From the NCBI GenBank assembly GCA_947646415.1, contig CANSGN010000009.1:18354-42353 (forward strand): a stretch of DNA of 24,000 nt, read 5' to 3'. Shown here in pieces: positions 1-6,136 of this stretch. The notes under the pieces were generated by a model. That model had not been told where the DNA came from. It did no database searches and was given only the letters and a program-made list of their open reading frames with translations. Each line of letters opens with the position of its first letter. Within the stretch, counting starts at the first letter, position 1. Both the position numbers and the translations under genes were made by a program. Origin of the DNA: an uncultured Clostridia bacterium. GTDB taxonomy: Bacteria; Bacillota; Clostridia; Christensenellales; UBA3700.

Positions 1-606
1 AGCGTAAACAGGATTGAAAGTTATTTATATGCTGTAAAACTTAAAGGCGGTAGACAATGTTCGGTACAAATTGCAAAAAAAGGCGGATTATTGTTGCTTA
101 TGGACTTATTTCACGAAGTTGTAGAGCCTAGCTTGACTATTGAACAATGTCAAAAGGTAGCAGAACAATACTGCGAGTCTATCGGACTTAAAAATATGAA
201 AGCTGTTTGGATAAACAATAATCAAAGCAATATTTATATCAATATGTGTTACGAACAGGACGGCATTGTAAACTATGCGGATATGGTTAAGATAAAAATA
301 AGTTTGGATACAGGCGAGGTTATTGGATATGAGGGGTTGAACTATGCTTTTAACCATGTAACCAGAGTATATGACGCTCCTACAGTCAGCGAAGAACAAG
401 CCGTTTTAAATGTTTCCGCTATTTTGGACAATATAAAGTGCAGATTGGTTACAATCCCTTGGAATGTCACTGCTGAAAAAGTTGCTTATGAAATCGTGGG
501 AGAGCTTGACGGCGAAAAATATTTCGTTTATATCGATGCTTATAACGGCGACGAATTAAATGTATTGAGAATGATTGACAGTAACCAAGGCGATTTGTTA
601 ATGTAA
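1..606 (+). CDS. ypeB: Spore germination protein YpeB-like, C-terminal portion (5' end lies left of the window)
   Basis: Frame 1 is open from base 1 into the listed ORF 91..606 with no stop, so the TTG at 91 is not the true start. The translation shows two PepSY-type modules (..VKIKISLDTGEVIGYEGLNYAFNH.. and ..YEIVGELDGEKYFVYIDAYNGDELNVLRMID..), as at the YpeB C-terminus. A strong terminator follows. Confidence 0.7.
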   Translation, partial: SVNRIESYLYAVKLKGGRQCSVQIAKKGGLLLLMDLFHEVVEPSLTIEQCQKVAEQYCESIGLKNMKAVWINNNQSNIYINMCYEQDGIVNYADMVKIKISLDTGEVIGYEGLNYAFNHVTRVYDAPTVSEEQAVLNVSAILDNIKCRLVTIPWNVTAEKVAYEIVGELDGEKYFVYIDAYNGDELNVLRMIDSNQGDLLM

Positions 607-673
607 TTTATTAAATAATAGACAATATTTGACTATAATTTTGATAATTTAGCAATAAGACAATATAAAAATA

Positions 674-709
674 CACCCTGAAACTTAAAGTTTCGGGGTG
701 TTGCTTTTT
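674..709. terminator. Rho-independent terminator hairpin, usable in both directions
   Basis: caccctgaaac (674-684) / loop ttaaa / gtttcggggtg (690-700) gives an 11-bp stem with one G-T pair, followed by ttgcttttt on the + strand. The A-rich run ataaaaata 5' of the stem supplies a U-tract for minus-strand transcripts. Confidence 0.8.
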
Positions 710-710
710 G

Positions 711-808
711 TGTAAAGTTTAAAGTAGGCAAAAAAGGCTGTTCACTGCAATAATCCTATCAAAAATCGGGACTATTGGGGTTGAAATTTTGCCTTTAATG
801 TAAAGTTT
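711..808. repeat. MITE-like or structured 80-bp insert (719-798) with imperfect terminal inverted repeats, flanked by the direct repeat tgtaaagttt
   Basis: The 10-mer tgtaaagttt occurs at 711-720 and 799-808. The left end ttaaag-tag-gcaaaa (719-733) pairs with the right end ttttgc-ctttaa (787-798): 12 bp with a 3-nt bulge. The interior carries one copy of the caaaaatcgg word (760-769). Confidence 0.3.
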
Positions 809-811
809 GGG

Positions 812-838
812 TACATGGAATAAGTATATCTATGTACA
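812..838. repeat. Left inverted repeat of the candidate switch
   Basis: tacatggaataagtatatctatgtaca is the reverse complement of 960-986 except for g817 opposite t981. Confidence 0.9.
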
Positions 839-850
839 TATTATATGTAT

Positions 851-880
851 ATTTTAAACTAAAATGTAAGATAATGTCAA
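851..880 (-). promoter_or_regulatory. Sigma-A-type promoter inside the invertible segment, currently facing away from the surface-protein gene
   Basis: The minus strand reads TTGACA (880-875), an 18-nt spacer, then TAAAAT (856-851). This is the best -35/-10 pair I can find between 700 and 1007. A weaker + strand candidate also exists: TTTACT 907-912, 18 nt, TATATT 931-936. Confidence 0.4.
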
Positions 881-959
881 CGTTATAGCAAAGGTTTTGT
901 AAACTCTTTACTTTAAGCATACAAAAATTATATATTCAAACTCAAAAAATCTTCGATTT

Positions 960-986
960 TGTACATAGATATACTTATTCTATGTA
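960..986. repeat. Right inverted repeat of the candidate switch
   Basis: tgtacatagatatacttattctatgta is the reverse complement of 812-838 with one mismatch. Confidence 0.9.
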
Positions 987-1007
987 AGTAAAATTGGAGG
1001 TTTTATT

Positions 1008-4000
1008 ATGGCAAAGATAATAAAAAGAGCGGGAATGATATTTTTTGTGTCAGTAATATCTTGTCTAATAGCTTTGGGCTGCGTAATAACAATGCAAGTT
1101 ACGGAAAGTAGCAATAACGGCATTGTAAATGCAGACACACAAAATAACATTTATACCGGTCAAAATAACGAGGATGGTAGTTATACTGTGCCAAAGACAG
1201 AGGTACCCGAAGTGCCAAAGTCAGACTATGAGTTTGAATTGGGACATAAGGCGAACTGTACAGAGCAAACAACTTGCACCTGTATGCAAGATATATGGAA
1301 CAGTGCGGTACAAAAATCTTTGGATACAGGTAAAAATGTAAAAGTAACATTATTAAACGATTGGATTGCCTCTACCGATGATGCAATGCACAAATTGGGA
1401 ACGGGAATTGGATTTGTAAGTCAAGATGGTACATTACATATTCCTCTAGATGCCGAGATTACTTTGGATTTGAACGGACATGATATAGATAGGAAATTTG
1501 ATGCAAGCAATGCTATACCTGGAGGTTTAATTTTTAGATTTCAAGGTACTTTGAATCTTGTGGACAACAAATATAATACTGTTGAAATAGAAAATATCTA
1601 CAATCAAACCAAAGGCAATAAAGATAATTTTGTGTCAGCTTTAAAGAACTATAAAGCCGGTCAAATACGCGGAGGTGGCAGAAGTGAGAATTCTGGCGGA
1701 GCAATAGTTTTGGACCCGGGTGCAGTTTTAAATATGTATGGCGGTATTATAACAGAAAATTATGCATTTGTTTCAGGCGGTGCTATTTGTTCAACAAATG
1801 GTACAAAAGTTAATATCTATGACGGGGTTATAACAAATAATTATTCCAATAGAGTTGGTGGATTGTTTATTCAAGACGATATTGATATTTATGGCGGAAT
1901 AATTGCATACAATCACGATTTGATTGAAGAAAATGTAGTTAATCAAGCGGGCGGAATGTATGTGATTTCTCCTACTGCGGATGTAAACATTTACGGAGGA
2001 AAAATCACTCACAATACATCTACGGGCAGAGCAGGCGGAGTTTATTTTCATAATGCAAACAAAGTAAATATTTATGATTGCGATATAAGCTATAATCAAG
2101 CAGGCAGCTACGGAGGTGGTATATATTCAAGAACTGTCAACGAGTTTAATTTTTACAATGGTAAAGTTAACCACAACACTACTGAAGCTGACGGCGGAGG
2201 AATGATTTTGTATTTGACAAAGGTTGTACGTATATACGATGGACAAATCAATAACAATACCGCAAGTTATGGCGGCGGTATAAAAATTGACTCTGTCGAA
2301 GATGCGTATTTATATGGTGGAGAGATAAGTGGTAATGTCGGTGACAATGGTGGCGGAATATATGTAAACTGTCGGTTGTATTTGAAAGGTGGAACTATAG
2401 TAAATAATATTGCCGAAAATGGTGGAGGTATTTATGTAGCCGGAAAAGTCTCATTAGGTGCAGGAACACAAGTTTATGGCAATAAATTAAAAACAAATGC
2501 CGAATCGGATATATTGTTACATAATGGAACTAAACTCCAAATATTTGAAAAATTAGGTACTGATTCAAAAACAACCCGTGTAGGAGTTGCTTTAGCTAGT
2601 GATTACGGCAGTGGATATTTTACATCAGGCTATAAGTATTTTAACGAATCGGCAACTTCTATTTCTCCGTCGGTTTATTTCTTCTCGAATGCAAGCAACA
2701 CAAGTGTAGTTTTAGACGGAGAAGATTTGAAAATGAGTACAGGAACAAAACCGACTGCGACATGCGATTGGATAATTTCCAACAAAGGTACGGAAGAAAG
2801 GTTTAATAAAGATAATGTTATAAGAAAAACTTATAATGGCTCGATATTTACTATTTCAAATTCAAAAGGTGCATTTTATATCGGGGGCAGTTATAATACA
2901 TCAATAAATTCATATACGCAAGCTTTAAATGTTGGAGAATACGCTTTTTATACAAAAGAAAATGTGACAAATCCTGTATTTACGTTAATAATTGAACCAA
3001 AACAAGTGGATTTGGAGTGGCAAACAATTTTAACATATAACGGAACTGTTCAAAGTCCTATAGCAAATGTGGCAGAAAATGAAATCTTAAACTTAGACAG
3101 CTGTAATGTTTTAGTAGATGGCAGTGCAATAAATGTTGGTACCAATTACTATGCAACTGCAATAAGTTTGCAAAATATCAATTACAAAATTAATCCATTG
3201 ACAAAAAGCACGACTTATAAAATATTACCTGCAGAACTCGAAATAAATATTTCAACAAACGATAAAAGTGCTGTATATAGCGGACAGGAAATTAAACTTG
3301 ATAAATGGTTTAGCGTGAGTGCAACTTTACTTGGCAATGATAAATTGAAACCATTAACTAATGTATTTAATATAGACTACAGCAAAATAGTGCCACAGTT
3401 TACAAAGGACGGAGTGACAACGGATAGTGCCGTAAATGTAGGAGAGTATGCAATAAGCATAAAACCATTTGACGTAAGCAAAGTGTTTAGCGGTAACAGT
3501 AACTACAATGTAACAGTCAATTATTTAAATGGAGGAAAACTTACAATAAGCGAGGCAAATGTAATAAGACCAGCAGCAGAGTCTAAATACGATTACTTAA
3601 TCCTAGAGGGAGATAAGAGAGTAAGTTATAAAGACAAAGGCTTGATACACGGGGATAATGACAGCAATGTAAATGTAGTAGAAGGAAAAGCAAACTACTA
3701 TATGGGAAATATAAGCCCAAATACAAGCGTAAACACGTTTATAAGCAACTTGGTATATGACAAAACACAAATACAAATCTACAACAGCAAAGGCGCAATA
3801 ATCTACGATAAAGGCAATACAAGCGTAAATGCGGAGTTGTTGAATAATGGAAAAGAGTTAGCAGTAGGAACAGGTTGGTATATAGAGTACAGTAAAGACG
3901 GAGTAACTGAAAGAGTAACCTTATCCGTACTAGGCGACGTGAACGGAGACGGTAGGATAAGTGCAAGCGATGTTACATACCTAAGACAAATAGCAAGTGA

Positions 4001-4139
4001 TAGCGCGTTATATGAAAAATTAAGTGTGGAAAAGAAACTCGCAAGTATGGTAATAAACAAAGGCAATGTGACAAGTGCAGATGCGGAAATCGTAAGAAAT
4101 GTTGTGGACAAATTTATAACTATTAACATGTTTTTTTAA
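1008..4139 (+). CDS. Large secreted or cell-surface protein: signal/anchor, beta-helix (PMP-type GGxIY) repeats, MBG-like adhesin modules, C-terminal dockerin-like module
   Basis: SD GGAGG at 996-1000, 7 nt before the ATG. The N-terminus is hydrophobic (MIFFVSVISCLIALGC). About ten degenerate repeats of the form GG(G/A)IY....NIYGG.I..N span roughly aa 228-490. They are followed by modules of the pattern ..YNGT.Q.P...NVG.YYA....NYKI......Y.I.PAEL.. and ..VNVGEYAI......NYNVTV..L.GGKLTISEA... The C-terminus has GDVNGDGRISASDVTYLRQ plus a degenerate second segment INKGNVTSADAEIVRNVV, a dockerin-type Ca-binding duplication. Confidence 0.85.
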   Translation: MAKIIKRAGMIFFVSVISCLIALGCVITMQVTESSNNGIVNADTQNNIYTGQNNEDGSYTVPKTEVPEVPKSDYEFELGHKANCTEQTTCTCMQDIWNSAVQKSLDTGKNVKVTLLNDWIASTDDAMHKLGTGIGFVSQDGTLHIPLDAEITLDLNGHDIDRKFDASNAIPGGLIFRFQGTLNLVDNKYNTVEIENIYNQTKGNKDNFVSALKNYKAGQIRGGGRSENSGGAIVLDPGAVLNMYGGIITENYAFVSGGAICSTNGTKVNIYDGVITNNYSNRVGGLFIQDDIDIYGGIIAYNHDLIEENVVNQAGGMYVISPTADVNIYGGKITHNTSTGRAGGVYFHNANKVNIYDCDISYNQAGSYGGGIYSRTVNEFNFYNGKVNHNTTEADGGGMILYLTKVVRIYDGQINNNTASYGGGIKIDSVEDAYLYGGEISGNVGDNGGGIYVNCRLYLKGGTIVNNIAENGGGIYVAGKVSLGAGTQVYGNKLKTNAESDILLHNGTKLQIFEKLGTDSKTTRVGVALASDYGSGYFTSGYKYFNESATSISPSVYFFSNASNTSVVLDGEDLKMSTGTKPTATCDWIISNKGTEERFNKDNVIRKTYNGSIFTISNSKGAFYIGGSYNTSINSYTQALNVGEYAFYTKENVTNPVFTLIIEPKQVDLEWQTILTYNGTVQSPIANVAENEILNLDSCNVLVDGSAINVGTNYYATAISLQNINYKINPLTKSTTYKILPAELEINISTNDKSAVYSGQEIKLDKWFSVSATLLGNDKLKPLTNVFNIDYSKIVPQFTKDGVTTDSAVNVGEYAISIKPFDVSKVFSGNSNYNVTVNYLNGGKLTISEANVIRPAAESKYDYLILEGDKRVSYKDKGLIHGDNDSNVNVVEGKANYYMGNISPNTSVNTFISNLVYDKTQIQIYNSKGAIIYDKGNTSVNAELLNNGKELAVGTGWYIEYSKDGVTERVTLSVLGDVNGDGRISASDVTYLRQIASDSALYEKLSVEKKLASMVINKGNVTSADAEIVRNVVDKFITINMFF
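1689..2478 (+). repeat. Tandem degenerate coding repeats (beta-helix / polymorphic-membrane-protein type) inside the surface-protein gene
   Basis: Protein-level periodicity of about 24-30 aa: GGAIVL..NMYGGIITEN, GGAICS..NIYDGVITNN, GGLFIQ..DIYGGIIAYN, GGMYVI..NIYGGKITHN, GGVYFH..NIYDCDISYN, GGGIYS..NFYNGKVNHN, GGGMIL..RIYDGQINNN, GGGIKI..YLYGGEISGN, GGGIYV..YLKGGTIVNN, GGGIYV. Confidence 0.7.
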
Positions 4140-4177
4140 TATTTAATACCAGCATTAAAAAATAATCTATTAAGTAA

Positions 4178-4220
4178 AAACAGCAAAGTGAAGTTATGAA
4201 CTCGCTTTGCTGTTTGTTAT
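4178..4220 (+). terminator. Rho-independent terminator of the surface-protein gene
   Basis: aaacagcaaag (4178-4188) pairs with ctttgctgttt (4205-4215): an 11-bp stem with a 16-nt loop, followed by the T-rich gttattat. Confidence 0.65.
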
Positions 4221-4363
4221 TATCCGATTAGCTATAAAATACTTATAAACTTGGGTTTTAAAGAGGTTTTGCAATTTTTGAAATATAATAGTATAAAAAT
4301 AAATTATGGAAAATATAACAAATTGTAATATTCAAAAATAACTAAAAATTTACATAAAAAAGA

Positions 4364-4392
4364 TTGAAAAAGTACAAATAAAATGTTATCAT
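4364..4392 (+). promoter_or_regulatory. Sigma-A-type promoter for the DUF1846 gene
   Basis: TTGAAA (4364-4369), 17-nt spacer, TATCAT (4387-4392), with a TG at 4384-4385 (extended -10). Confidence 0.45.
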
Positions 4393-4494
4393 ATTATAGT
4401 AAGCTATTTGGAGTTTAATCGGATTAAATTTAATGACATATTAGTTTAATACAATAAACCAAAAGAAAGGAAAAATTTGCTAAAGAGGTTTGTT

Positions 4495-5973
4495 ATGGAA
4501 TACGGTTTTGATAATGAGAAATATGTCAAAATGCAAAAAGAAAATATCTTAAAAAGAATCAGTCAATATGACAAGTTGTACCTTGAATTCGGTGGCAAGT
4601 TATTTGACGATTGTCATGCATCAAGGGTATTGCCCGGTTTTGATGTAAATGCTAAAGTTAAACTGCTGGTTACATTAAAAGATAAAGCCGAAATTATCAT
4701 TGCAATCAGTGGCGAAGATTTAGCTCGAAATAAGATTAGGGCAGATTATGGTATAGGTTACGATGCCGACGTAATGCGCTTGATTGACAATATGAGAGAA
4801 CTTGGCATTTACATAGGTAGTATTGTTATAACTAAATATGAGGGACAACCATCTGCCGACTTATTCAAAACAAAAATGGAGCGTAGGGGAGAAAAAGTTT
4901 ATATTCATACAAAAACAAAAGGTTACCCTACGGATATAAATACAATTATTAGTGACGAGGGATATGGTAAAAACCCTTATATCGAAACAACAAGACCGTT
5001 GGTCGTGGTTACTGCACCCGGTCCCGGCAGCGGAAAGCTTGCAACGTGTTTGGGACAATTATATCATGAGTATAAAAGGGGAAATCGTGCAGGATATGCT
5101 AAGTTTGAAACATTTCCTATTTGGAATTTGCCTTTAAAACACCCTGTAAATGTTGCGTATGAGGCTGCAACAGCCGATTTAAAGGATGTTAATATGATTG
5201 ACCACTTCCATTTGGAAAAATACGGTGTCAGCACAGTAAACTATAACCGCGATATCGAGGTGTTTCCTGTAGTAAGAACTATTTTGGAAAGGATAACAGG
5301 CCATTGTCCTTATTGTTCGCCAACTGAAATGGGCGTAAATATGGCGGGTTTTGCGATTGATAATGACGAAGTAGTTCAAAAGGCTGCAAAACAGGAAGTT
5401 ATACGCAGATATTACAAGGCTTGTTGCGATTATTTGCAAGGCAATGGGGATATTTCCACAAAGGAAAAAATAGAGCTTTTGATGGGCGATTTAGGGATTA
5501 CCCCTGATGATAGAAAGGTTGCGGTAATTGCAAGAGAAAAGTCAAACGATTGCGGAGTACCTGTTGTGGCATTGGAATTGCCAAACGGTAAAATTGTGAC
5601 AGGTAAAAAATCCAACTTACTTTCGGCATCTTCCGCTGTACTGCTAAATGCTATTAAAGAGCTTGCAAACATTAGTGACGATATAAATTTGATTTCCCCA
5701 CTTACAATCGAACCTATTTTGAAAATGAAAAAGGAGCTTTTGAAAGAAAAATACGATTTCTTGACATTGGAGGAAATGTTGATTGCATTATCTATTGGTG
5801 CGGTAACCAATCCGACAGCTGCAAAAGCAATGTCTAAGGTTAAAGAGTTGTTTGGATGTGAGGCACACGGCAGCTGTATACTTCCTGTGACGGACGAAAC
5901 TGTTATCAAAAAACTTGGTATTAACATAACAACAGAAGCAGTTTTTGGTAGTAACAATCTATATAATTTGTAA
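4495..5973 (+). CDS. DUF1846 / UPF0371 family protein (function unknown)
   Basis: The translation MEYGFDNEKYVKMQKENILKRISQYDKLYLEFGGKLFDDCHASRVLPGF.. and the conserved TAPGPGSGKLATCLGQLYHE segment match what I recall of the UPF0371/DUF1846 family of about 490-500 aa. I prefer ATG 4495 (SD AAGAGG 4483-4488) over the track's TTG 4477. Confidence 0.75.
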   Translation: MEYGFDNEKYVKMQKENILKRISQYDKLYLEFGGKLFDDCHASRVLPGFDVNAKVKLLVTLKDKAEIIIAISGEDLARNKIRADYGIGYDADVMRLIDNMRELGIYIGSIVITKYEGQPSADLFKTKMERRGEKVYIHTKTKGYPTDINTIISDEGYGKNPYIETTRPLVVVTAPGPGSGKLATCLGQLYHEYKRGNRAGYAKFETFPIWNLPLKHPVNVAYEAATADLKDVNMIDHFHLEKYGVSTVNYNRDIEVFPVVRTILERITGHCPYCSPTEMGVNMAGFAIDNDEVVQKAAKQEVIRRYYKACCDYLQGNGDISTKEKIELLMGDLGITPDDRKVAVIAREKSNDCGVPVVALELPNGKIVTGKKSNLLSASSAVLLNAIKELANISDDINLISPLTIEPILKMKKELLKEKYDFLTLEEMLIALSIGAVTNPTAAKAMSKVKELFGCEAHGSCILPVTDETVIKKLGINITTEAVFGSNNLYNL

Positions 5974-5992
5974 TAAGTTTGATAAAAACTTA

Positions 5993-6010
5993 TCAAAAAT
6001 CGGTATTAAA
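5993..6010 (+). repeat. Copy of the dispersed word tCAAAAATCGGTATTAAA, in the intergenic region after the DUF1846 gene
   Basis: Exact 18-mer shared with 16540-16557. Related copies are listed in the findings. Confidence 0.6.
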
Positions 6011-6136
6011 AATTATATACTATAACAAAACAGTTTTATTGAACAGACAAAAAACTATTTGGTTTGCAGTTTAGTTTATTAGATATTAAATATACATAAA
6101 ACAGAAAAGATAAAAAATTTAAATGAGGAGAACCTA

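Larger units (their letters stand above)
811..987. promoter_or_regulatory. Candidate invertible DNA switch (inverton) upstream of the surface-protein gene
   Basis: 27-bp inverted repeats at 812-838 and 960-986 with 1 mismatch flank a 121-bp segment. Each repeat is an imperfect dyad: 10-bp arms around an asymmetric 7-bp centre (taagtat at 821-827, atactta at 971-977). The right repeat ends 9 nt before the SD of the ORF at 1008. Confidence 0.55.

Noticed and set aside
719-798. Resemblance to a c-di-GMP-I (GEMM-I) riboswitch: GGCAAA, GGGAC and GGGGUU strings upstream of an adhesin-like gene.
   Set aside because: The conserved ACGCAAAGC core and the GNRA tetraloop/receptor helices are not present. 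I can only build the outer stem, and a terminator-free path to the gene is interrupted by the switch. This is not enough to call a riboswitch.
3739-4129. Two overlapping minus-strand ORFs (75 and 108 aa) under the 3' end of the surface-protein gene.
   Set aside because: They are explained by the T-poor coding strand there, which leaves few stop codons on the complement. There is no SD and the translations are repetitive L/S/R/T-rich. They are treated as a by-product of the compositional break.
4477-4494. Track start codons that extend ORFs upstream: TTG 4477 (DUF1846), TTG 14178 (membrane protein), GTG 13826 (LysM), ATG 12204 (DUF421) and TTG 91 (ypeB).
   Set aside because: Better-placed ATG codons with SD sequences exist at 4495, 14208 and 13832. 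The 12204 start lies inside the upstream terminator hairpin. The ypeB frame is open to the window edge.
5430-5996. A 188-aa minus-strand ORF antisense to the DUF1846 gene. Similar antisense ORFs lie at 106-399, 8512-8853, 9394-9729, 14159-14494, 14806-15138, 18567-18884, 19096-19410, 21384-21698 and 23070-23387.
   Set aside because: Each lies wholly inside a well-supported gene on the other strand, lacks an SD, and translates to low-complexity, hydrophobic or Ser/Leu/Ile-rich sequence with no family resemblance. They are typical shadow ORFs of AT-rich DNA.
5994-6010. PurBox-like reading of the reverse complement (AATACCGATTTTT versus AWWWCCGAACWWT) about 130 nt upstream of the prs-like gene.
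   Set aside because: The central CGAA of the PurBox is not conserved (CGAT), there is no second inverted box at the usual spacing, and the same word recurs at unrelated places, including inside CDSs.
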